DNA of 64,000 bases from Oceanobacillus sp. HTM 045. GTDB lineage: Bacteria; Pseudomonadota; Alphaproteobacteria; Rhodobacterales; Rhodobacteraceae. The stretch lies in assembly GCA_009733745.1 (NCBI GenBank), contig WNWL01000004.1, positions 1 to 64,000 on the forward strand, given 5' to 3'. Below are positions 56,856 through 64,000 of the stretch, piece after piece; within the stretch, counting starts at the first letter, position 1, and every line of letters begins with the position of its first letter. The notes beneath the pieces are model-generated. The model worked only from the letters and a program-made list of their open reading frames with translations, had not been told where the DNA came from and searched no databases. The translations under genes and the position numbers were made by a program.

Positions 56856-57782
56856 ATGCCCATTATCTCCCCCCTGATCGCCGGCCTGGAATGGCTGGGG
56901 CGCTGGGCCCGCTGGGTGCTGCCGGCGGGCTGCGTGGCGGCGCTGGTGCTTCCGGGGCTGGCGGCGTTCCTGCGCCCGGCCTTCCCGTTCTTCGTGGTCG
57001 TCGTCTACATGCTGGCCGTGGCGCGGATCGACCTTTCCGCGGTGATGCGCGGGCTCGCCGGCGGCCGCCGGGCGTTCTGGCTGGTGGCGGGCACCGGGGT
57101 CGTCACCGTCGGTGGTGCGCTGGCGGGATGGGCGGCAATGCGCCTTCTCGGCCTGGGCGAGGAATACGAATTCGCGACCACGCTCGGGCTGCTGGCCCCG
57201 CCGATCGCGTCCTCCGCCGCGTTCTGCTTCCTGCTCGGGCTCAATGCCGCGCTGGCGCTGGAGATCACCGTCTGCGCCTCGCTGCTCTTTCCCTTCGTCG
57301 CGCCGCCGGTGGCGGCGCTGCTGGTCGGGGCGGAACTGCCCGTCACCCCGTTCCAGCTCGCGCTGCGGACCGCGGGGATCATCGCCGCGGGCGGGGTGCT
57401 CGGGATCGTCCTGCGCCGCTGGATGAGCCCCGCCCGCGTCGCCGCGCGCAAGGCCGCGTTCGATGGCGCGGGGGCGGTGGCCATGGTGCTGTTCGTCATC
57501 CCGCTGTTCGACGGAGTGGGCGAGATGGTGGCCGCGCGCCCGGTGCTCGCCGCGGGGTTTCTCGCCCTTTCTTGCCTCCTCGTGCTCGGACCGCAGATGG
57601 TTGTGCTGCGCGGCGGGGCGGAGGCGGGGGCCGTGGCGATGACGGCGGGAGTGCGTTCCGTCGGGATCGTCGTCGCGGCGATGCCGGGGGACGCGGTCTT
57701 CACCCTGTTCGCGGCGCTCTACCAGTTCCCGATGTACCTGCTGCCGCTGATCGTCGGAAGGCTCCGCCGGTCGCGCTTCTGA
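56856..57782 (+). CDS. Polytopic membrane transporter-like protein (BASS/AEC-superfamily-like, tentative)
   Basis: 308 aa with 8-9 predicted TM helices. ATG immediately follows the upstream TGA. Confidence 0.55.
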   Translation: MPIISPLIAGLEWLGRWARWVLPAGCVAALVLPGLAAFLRPAFPFFVVVVYMLAVARIDLSAVMRGLAGGRRAFWLVAGTGVVTVGGALAGWAAMRLLGLGEEYEFATTLGLLAPPIASSAAFCFLLGLNAALALEITVCASLLFPFVAPPVAALLVGAELPVTPFQLALRTAGIIAAGGVLGIVLRRWMSPARVAARKAAFDGAGAVAMVLFVIPLFDGVGEMVAARPVLAAGFLALSCLLVLGPQMVVLRGGAEAGAVAMTAGVRSVGIVVAAMPGDAVFTLFAALYQFPMYLLPLIVGRLRRSRF

Positions 57783-57907
57783 GCCCGCTGCAGCGCATAC
57801 CGCCATGCATGAAAAAATGCCTGCGCTGCCGCGGAAAATCGAGCAGATTCCGCGGGACAAGCGGTGCTGTTCGGTTAGGGTAGCACAGTCAGAAACAGGG
57901 GAATCCC

Positions 57908-60772
57908 ATGCCGCCGCTGGACGAGCCCGCGCTCGATCTCTCGCCCAAGGTCTCGGACGAGGTCCGCAAGACGACCTGCTACATGTGCGCCTGCCGTTGC
58001 GGCATCGACGTGCACCTGCGGGAGGGGGCGGACGGCTCGGTGAAGGTGCGCTATATCGAGGGCAACCGCGACCACCCGACCAACCGGGGCGTGCTCTGCG
58101 CGAAGGGCTCGGCCGGGATCATGCAGCACTACTCCCCGGCGCGGCTTCGGAAGCCGCTGCTCCGCACTGGCCCGCGCGGCTCCGGCGAGTTCCGCGAGAT
58201 CGAGTGGGAGGAGGCGCTGGAGAAGGCCGTGGAATGGCTGAAGCCGATCCGCGAGTCCGACCCCAAGCGGCTGGCCTTCTTCACCGGGCGCGACCAGTCG
58301 CAGTCGCTGACCTCGTGGTGGGCGCAGCAATACGGCACGCCGAACTATGCCGCGCATGGCGGGTTCTGCTCGGTCAACATGGCCGCGGCGGGCATCTACA
58401 CGATGGGCGGCGCGTTCTGGGAGTTCGGCTCGCCCGACTGGGAGCGCGCCCGCTATTTCATGATCTTCGGCGTGGCGGAGGACCACGACAGCAACCCGAT
58501 CAAGCTCGGCATCTCGCGGCTGAAGGCGCGCGGGGCCAAGGTGGTCGGCGTGAACCCGGTGCGCACCGGATACAACGCCGTCGCCGATGAGTGGGTCGGG
58601 ATCACGCCGGGGACGGACGGGCTGTTCATCCTCGCGCTGGTGCACGAGCTGCTGCGCACCGGCCATGTCGATATCGACTACCTGACCCGCTACACCAACG
58701 CGCCCTGGCTGGTGAACCGCAGCCCCGGCGAGAGGTTCGGCCTCTTCGCCCGCGACGAGAAGGGACGCCCGCTGGTCTGGGACACGGCCACGGGCCAGCC
58801 CGCCCGCTGGGACGCGCCGGGCGTGGTGCCCGCGCTCAAGGGCGACTTCGCCGGGCCGGACGGGGGGCGGGTAACGCCCGTGCTCGAACTCATGGCGCGG
58901 AAGTACCTGGAGCCCGAATACGCCCCCGAGACGGTGGCGGAGGCCTGCGGGATCGACGCCGCCACCATCCGCCGCATCGCTGCCGAGCTGGTCGAGGCCG
59001 CCTTCGAGCAGGAGGTGGTGATCGAACGGCCCTGGACCGACTGGAAGGGCGAGCGTCACGAGCGGATGATCGGCCGCCCGGTCGCCTTCCACGCCATGCG
59101 CGGCATCTCGGCCCATTCCAACGGGTTCCAGACCTGCCGGGCGCTGCACATCCTCCAGATCCTGCTCGGCAGCGTCGAGACGCCGGGGGGCATGCGCTTC
59201 AAGCCACCCTATCCGAAGCCGGTGGAGATCCACCCCACGCCGCACAGCCGCACCCAACCGGGCGGGCCGCTCAACGGGCCGCATCTCGGCTTCCCGCGCG
59301 GGCCGGAGGATCTCTGCTACGAGGAGGACGACTGCTCGCCCGGCGGCTGCTGCGCGCGGATAGACAAGGCGTTCACCTGGGAGAACCCGCTCTCGGCCCA
59401 CGGGCTGATGCACATGGTGATCTCCAACGCCGCCGCGGGCGACCCGTACGAGATCGACACGCTGTTCCTCTACATGGCCAACATGGCTTGGAACTCGTCC
59501 ATGAACACGCGCGGCGTGATGGACATGCTGACGGCCAAGGGGGAGGACGGGGAATACCGGATCCCGCACATCATCTACTCCGACGCCTATTCCTCCGAGA
59601 TGGTCGCCTATGCCGACCTCGTGCTGCCCGACACCACCTACCTGGAACGGCACGACTGCATCTCGCTGCTCGACCGCCCGATCTCCGAGCCGGATGCCGC
59701 GGCGGATGCGATCCGCTGGCCGGTGGTGAAGCCCGAGACGCAGGGCGAGGGGCGCGACGTGCGCGGGTTCCAGACGGTGCTGATCGACATCGGCGCGCGG
59801 CTCGGCCTGCCCGGCTTCGTCGATGACGAGGGCAAGGCGAAATACGCCGATTATGCCGACTACATCGTCAACCACGAGCGCCGGCCCGGGGTCGGCCCGC
59901 TGTTCGGCTGGCGCGGCGAGGGCGAGACGACCGGGCGGGGCAGGCCGAACCGCGACCAGCTTGCGCGCTACGTCGCCAATGGTGGCTTCCACACCGCCCA
60001 TGTCCCGGAGGAGGCGGCCCATTTCAAGCCGTGGAACGCCGCCTACCAGGACTGGGCGGTCGAGATGGGCTTCTTCGACAAGCCCTCACCCTATGCCTTC
60101 CAGCTCTATCTTGAGCCGCTCCGCAAGTTCCAGCTCGCGGCGGAGGGGCACGGGCCCCGCCAGCCGCCCGACCACCTGCGCGAGCGGATGCAGCTCACCT
60201 TCGACCCGCTGCCGGTCTGGTACCCGCCTTTCGCCGATGCGGACGAGGCCGAGTACCCGCTCCACGCCATCACCCAGCGTCCGGCGGCGATGTACCATGC
60301 CTGGGGCTCGCAGAACGCGTGGCTGCGCCAGATCCACGGCGAGAATCCGCTCTATGTGCCCGCGCAGGTCTGCAACGATGCGGGGCTTGAGGACGGCGAC
60401 TGGGCATGGGTGATCTCGCCCCACGGCCGGATCAAGGTGCCGGTGCGCCGGATGCAGGCGGTGAACCCGAAGACGCTCTGGACCTGGAACGCCATCGGCA
60501 AGCGCGGCGGCGCATGGGCGCTGGGCGAGGGCGCGCCGGAGACGACGCGCGGGTTCCTCCTGAACCACCTGATCCACGAGTTGCTGCCGCCCAAGGGCGA
60601 CGGCCTGCGCTGGGCGAACTCCGACCCGATCACCGGTCAGGCCGCGTGGTATGACCTCCGCGTCCGGATCGAGAAGGCCGAGCCCGGCGAGGTCTCGGAG
60701 CCGCACATGGAGGATCAGGAGTCACCCGTGGGGCAGGGGCCGGACAAACTGGCCTACGGGGAGGAGTGGTAG
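57908..60772 (+). CDS. Molybdopterin (Mo-bisPGD) oxidoreductase catalytic subunit, DMSO-reductase family, no Tat signal
   Basis: N-terminal FS0 cluster motif TCYMCACRCG...VLCAKG. MopB domains throughout, 954 aa. The N-terminus MPPLDEPALDLSPK.. lacks an RRxFLK motif. RBS CAGGGGA. Confidence 0.9.
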   Translation: MPPLDEPALDLSPKVSDEVRKTTCYMCACRCGIDVHLREGADGSVKVRYIEGNRDHPTNRGVLCAKGSAGIMQHYSPARLRKPLLRTGPRGSGEFREIEWEEALEKAVEWLKPIRESDPKRLAFFTGRDQSQSLTSWWAQQYGTPNYAAHGGFCSVNMAAAGIYTMGGAFWEFGSPDWERARYFMIFGVAEDHDSNPIKLGISRLKARGAKVVGVNPVRTGYNAVADEWVGITPGTDGLFILALVHELLRTGHVDIDYLTRYTNAPWLVNRSPGERFGLFARDEKGRPLVWDTATGQPARWDAPGVVPALKGDFAGPDGGRVTPVLELMARKYLEPEYAPETVAEACGIDAATIRRIAAELVEAAFEQEVVIERPWTDWKGERHERMIGRPVAFHAMRGISAHSNGFQTCRALHILQILLGSVETPGGMRFKPPYPKPVEIHPTPHSRTQPGGPLNGPHLGFPRGPEDLCYEEDDCSPGGCCARIDKAFTWENPLSAHGLMHMVISNAAAGDPYEIDTLFLYMANMAWNSSMNTRGVMDMLTAKGEDGEYRIPHIIYSDAYSSEMVAYADLVLPDTTYLERHDCISLLDRPISEPDAAADAIRWPVVKPETQGEGRDVRGFQTVLIDIGARLGLPGFVDDEGKAKYADYADYIVNHERRPGVGPLFGWRGEGETTGRGRPNRDQLARYVANGGFHTAHVPEEAAHFKPWNAAYQDWAVEMGFFDKPSPYAFQLYLEPLRKFQLAAEGHGPRQPPDHLRERMQLTFDPLPVWYPPFADADEAEYPLHAITQRPAAMYHAWGSQNAWLRQIHGENPLYVPAQVCNDAGLEDGDWAWVISPHGRIKVPVRRMQAVNPKTLWTWNAIGKRGGAWALGEGAPETTRGFLLNHLIHELLPPKGDGLRWANSDPITGQAAWYDLRVRIEKAEPGEVSEPHMEDQESPVGQGPDKLAYGEEW

Positions 60773-61597
60773 GTGCGGACCCACACCGTCACCGGCCATG
60801 GCGGCGTCCGCCTGCACGTCCGCGACACCGGGCCGGAGGATGCGACGGCGATCATGCTGATCCACGGCTGGTCGCAGCACCACCTTTGCTGGTCGAAACA
60901 GATGAAGGGGCCGCTGGCGGAGCGGTTCCGCCTGGTCGCCCCGGACTTGCGGGGGCATGGCGCGAGCGACAAGCCCGAGCCTCCCGTCGGCTATGAGACC
61001 TCCGAACCGTGGGCCGGCGACGTTGCAGCCATCATCGGAACCCTTGGCCTCCGGAAGCCAATCCTCGTCGGCTGGTCGATGGGCGGCTGGGTGATCGGCG
61101 ACTATCTCCGCCATCACGGCGGCGGGGCACTCGGCGGGGTCGCCTTCGTCGGCAGCCGCCTGATCCCGGTGCCGGGCGTGAAGCTCCGCCCCGAGGCGGC
61201 GGCGGAGGGGATGTATTCGGAGGACCAACCGACCGCGCTGGCCGCCTGCATCGACTTCGTGAAGGCCTGCTTTGCCGCCCCGCTCTCCAAGCGCGACCTC
61301 GCGCTGATGGTGGGTTTCAACATGCTGGTGGACCCGAGGGTCCGCCACGCCTGCCGCACGCGGGGCGAGGACTATTCGGCCGAACTGGCCGGGATCACCG
61401 TTCCCGTCATGCTGATCCAGGGTGCGGCCGAGCGGGTCTGCCTCACACCCTTCTTCGAGGCGCTGACCATCGCCCTGCCGGAGGCCGAGGCGCATGTCTA
61501 TCCCGGCTGCGGCCACGGGCCGTTCTGGGAGAACCCCGAGCGCTTCAACGCCGACCTTGCCGCCTTTGCCGAAAGAGCCTTCCGGACCGCAACATGA
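60773..61597 (+). CDS. Alpha/beta-hydrolase fold protein
   Basis: GTG start right after the alpha-subunit TAG, with GGAGGA RBS. ..IMLIHGWSQHH...VGWSMGGWV.. (nucleophile elbow GWSMG) ...GCGHGPFWENPE. Confidence 0.8.
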   Translation: MRTHTVTGHGGVRLHVRDTGPEDATAIMLIHGWSQHHLCWSKQMKGPLAERFRLVAPDLRGHGASDKPEPPVGYETSEPWAGDVAAIIGTLGLRKPILVGWSMGGWVIGDYLRHHGGGALGGVAFVGSRLIPVPGVKLRPEAAAEGMYSEDQPTALAACIDFVKACFAAPLSKRDLALMVGFNMLVDPRVRHACRTRGEDYSAELAGITVPVMLIQGAAERVCLTPFFEALTIALPEAEAHVYPGCGHGPFWENPERFNADLAAFAERAFRTAT

Positions 61598-62334
61598 CCT
61601 CCTTGCCCAAGACCACCGAGAAGAAGCTCGGCCTCGTGATCGACCTCGACATCTGCGTCGGCTGCCATGCCTGCGCGGTCGCCTGCAAGGAATGGAACAC
61701 CGGCGCCTACGGCGCGCCGCTCTCCGACCAGGACGCCTACGGCGCGGAGCCTGAAGGGACGTGGCTCAACCGCATCCATTCCTACGAGGTCACCCCGCGG
61801 GAGGGCGCGGCGCAGATCGTGCATTTTCCGAAGTCCTGTCTCCACTGCGAGGACGCGCCCTGCGTGACCGTCTGCCCCACGGGGGCCAGCTACAAGCGGC
61901 AGGCCGACGGGATCGTGCTGGTGAACGAGGATGCCTGCATGGGCTGCGGCCTCTGCGCCTGGGCCTGCCCCTACGGCGCGCGCGAGATGGACGCGGCTGC
62001 CGGGGTGATGAAGAAATGCACCCTCTGCGTCGACCGGATCTACAACGAGAACCTCGCGGAGGAGGACCGGGTGCCCGCCTGCGTGCGTACCTGCCCCGCG
62101 AACGCCCGCCATTTCGGCGACTTCGCCGACCCCGACAGCGAGGTGAGCCGCATGTCCGCCGCCCGCGGCGGCATGGCGTTGATGCCGGAGCAGGAGACGA
62201 AGCCGGTCAACCGCTACCTGCCCCCGCGCCCGAAGGATGGAGCAGGTGCGCCGGTGCGTCTCGCCGAACTGGCGGAGCCGGAGGCGAAGGGTTTCCTCGG
62301 CTGGCTCGACAAGGCGCTGGCGAGGCTCGGCTGA
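61594..62334 (+). CDS. 4Fe-4S ferredoxin-type iron-sulfur subunit (DmsB-like)
   Basis: Four Cys clusters (CVGCHACAVAC, CLHCEDAPC, CMGCGLCAWAC, CTLCVDR..CVRTC). The ATG overlaps the hydrolase TGA (ATGA). Confidence 0.9.
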   Translation: MTSLPKTTEKKLGLVIDLDICVGCHACAVACKEWNTGAYGAPLSDQDAYGAEPEGTWLNRIHSYEVTPREGAAQIVHFPKSCLHCEDAPCVTVCPTGASYKRQADGIVLVNEDACMGCGLCAWACPYGAREMDAAAGVMKKCTLCVDRIYNENLAEEDRVPACVRTCPANARHFGDFADPDSEVSRMSAARGGMALMPEQETKPVNRYLPPRPKDGAGAPVRLAELAEPEAKGFLGWLDKALARLG

Positions 62335-63245
62335 TGCACCCGGCTCCTTCAATCATCGTATTTACCGTGCTCTCGGGGCTCGGCCTCGGGCTGGTCTTCT
62401 GGCTCGGGCTGGACCTCGGCCCGGACTGGGGTGCATGGCGCTGGGTCGCCTGTGCGCTGGCGCTGGTGCTGGCGGGCGGGGGCGGGGTCGCCTCCGTCGG
62501 GCACCTGCAGAACCCGAAGAACGCCTGGCGGGCGTTCAGCCAGTGGCGTTCCTCCTGGCTATCGCGCGAGGGGTGCCTGATGGTCGCCGCTCTCGGCCTC
62601 TTTGCGCTTTACGCCGCGCTCTGGTGCCTCGCGGACCTGCGCCTCTGGGGCCTTGGCCTGCTGGCCGCGGGATTCGCGCTGGCGACCGTCTACGCCACGG
62701 CGATGATCTACGCGCAACTCAAGACGGTGCCGCGCTGGCACCTGACGCCGACGCCCTGCCTGTTCCTCGCCTCGGCGCTGGTCGGCGGCCTGCTGGCATT
62801 CGGCGCGGCGCGCGGGGTGACGGGAGCGGGCTTCCCGACCGGCGCGGCCTTCCTCGCGCTGCTGGTTGCGGCGGGCATCGCCGTCTGGTGGCAGACCGCC
62901 GCCGCCGGGGCGCGTCGCATCGCCGCCGGTTCCTCGATGGAGACGGCCACCGGCCTCGGTTCCATCGGCCGCGTGCGCCCCTTCGAGCCGCCGCATACCG
63001 GGCCGAACTACCTGCTGCGAGAGATGGCGCATGTCGTCGCTCGCCGCCGCGCGTACCAGATCCGTCTGATCGGCGCGGTCCTCGGCTTCGCGGTGCCGCT
63101 CCTCTTTACCCTGCTGGCGTGGGTCGCGGGCGACTGGGCACTGGTCCCGGCCTTCCTCAGCCATGTCCTCGGGATGCTCGCACTGCGCTGGCTGTTCTTC
63201 GCCGAGGCCGAGCATGTGCAGGCGCTTTACTACGGGGCGCGATAG
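62334..63245 (+). CDS. DmsC-like membrane anchor subunit
   Basis: 303 aa, about 8 TM helices. The ATG overlaps the FeS-subunit TGA by 1 nt. Confidence 0.75.
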   Translation: MHPAPSIIVFTVLSGLGLGLVFWLGLDLGPDWGAWRWVACALALVLAGGGGVASVGHLQNPKNAWRAFSQWRSSWLSREGCLMVAALGLFALYAALWCLADLRLWGLGLLAAGFALATVYATAMIYAQLKTVPRWHLTPTPCLFLASALVGGLLAFGAARGVTGAGFPTGAAFLALLVAAGIAVWWQTAAAGARRIAAGSSMETATGLGSIGRVRPFEPPHTGPNYLLREMAHVVARRRAYQIRLIGAVLGFAVPLLFTLLAWVAGDWALVPAFLSHVLGMLALRWLFFAEAEHVQALYYGAR

Positions 63246-63303
63246 CGGCAGGGCAGGAACCCTGGGAAGGGCGGGCTGTCCGGCCGCAGGTCTGGCCCGG
63301 CCG

Positions 63304-64000
63304 TCATTCCGCCGCAGGGGTCTCGGTCTCCGTTCCCGTCTCGTCCTTCGGGCGCGGGACCGTTTCCTCGCCTTCGGTGGCGAGGGCGAGGTGGATGCGG
63401 AAGAAGCTGGTGTTGTCGTCGGCGAACTCCAGCGTCAGATCCCCGCCCATCTTGCGCATGATCGCGCGGCTGATCGGCAGGCCGAGGCCGGAGCCGGTGC
63501 CGTGCGCGGCGCGGGAGCCGCGGGTGAACTTCTCGAAGATCGAGACCGCTTCCTCGCGGCCGACGCCGCCGCCATTGTCCACCACGTTGATCACCAGCAT
63601 CCCCTTGCGGATGACGGAGGTGACCTCGACCGTGGGCTCGGCTGCGGCATTGTACTTCACCGCGTTGGAGACCAGGTTGATCAGGACCTGCCTGAGCCGG
63701 TCCTCGTTGGCGCGGACGCGCACGCCTTCCGGCCCCGGATTGTGTCGCAGTGCGACACCGGAGGTCCGGGCGATGGGCGAGACGGTGTCGATCGCGGCGC
63801 GAATGGAATCTTCCGGGTCCACCGGGCCGAGCGGCAGGCGGATCGCGCCGGACTCGAGTCCCGAGATGTCGAGGATCTCGTCGAGCAGCCGGGTCAGCCG
63901 CAGGCTTTCCTCCTGGATGATGCGGATGAAGCGGTTCCGGTCCTCCGGGCCGATCTGGTCGTCGGCTAGCAGCAGTTCGGAGAAGGACCGGATCGAGGTC
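63304..64000 (-). CDS. Sensor histidine kinase, C-terminal HATPase_c part (gene continues beyond the window end)
   Basis: ..RQVLINLVSNAVKYN...VVDNGGGV...GTGSGLGLPISRAIMRKMGGDL.. (N, G1, G2 boxes). The stop is at 63304. The HisKA portion lies past position 64000. Confidence 0.75.
   Translation of the reverse strand, partial: TSIRSFSELLLADDQIGPEDRNRFIRIIQEESLRLTRLLDEILDISGLESGAIRLPLGPVDPEDSIRAAIDTVSPIARTSGVALRHNPGPEGVRVRANEDRLRQVLINLVSNAVKYNAAAEPTVEVTSVIRKGMLVINVVDNGGGVGREEAVSIFEKFTRGSRAAHGTGSGLGLPISRAIMRKMGGDLTLEFADDNTSFFRIHLALATEGEETVPRPKDETGTETETPAAE

Overview
This is a 64 kb, very high-GC (about 68-70%) chromosomal segment that looks alphaproteobacterial (Rhodobacterales-like). Most long ORFs in the six-frame track are Arg/Pro-rich antisense artefacts of the GC content; real genes were picked by recognisable protein families, RBS placement and start/stop coupling. 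Coding content from the start of the window runs as follows. A DUF2330 secreted protein is translationally coupled to an RnfD/NqrB-like membrane protein (both minus strand, at the window edge). Then come TerB, an AraC regulator, class-I lysyl-tRNA synthetase (lysK), ChaC, ogt, tRNA-Val(GAC), an N-formylglutamate amidohydrolase-like gene and dinB. A roughly 1.3 kb lower-GC islet follows, with a single KilA-N-domain gene, next to a ParB/Srx-fold gene and an orphan HisKA_2/HWE sensor kinase. After that come pyrF, clpB, DUF1993 and a fasciclin lipoprotein, then an agmatine-deiminase-family gene 4-nt-coupled to an upstream 64-aa ORF. Divergent to these is an AmmeMemoRadiSam system: a radical SAM enzyme plus a fused Memo-AMMECR1 protein. 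Next are a GGDEF cyclase, an SPFH protein, two abutting aberrant tRNA-like sequences, DUF4399, and a polyamine/guanidino catabolic divergon (PuuB-like oxidase, SpuC-like transaminase, agmatinase-family, GS-like). Further on are tandem paralogous small secreted proteins, GST, an FkbM-like methyltransferase, MFS and ABC exporters, a FAD monooxygenase, an acyl-CoA synthetase, cobA/cobK and the sarcosine oxidase operon soxBDAG. The window ends with a Sel1-repeat protein preceded by a 5-codon coupled uORF, a MaoC dehydratase, a Cys/Met PLP enzyme coupled to two DUF805 genes and a transporter, a DmsABC-like Mo-bisPGD oxidoreductase cluster with no Tat signal and an embedded alpha/beta-hydrolase, and a partial sensor kinase. 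A structured intergenic repeat of about 150 bp occurs 5 times, always in gaps between convergent genes. No CRISPR arrays, transposases or integrases were seen.
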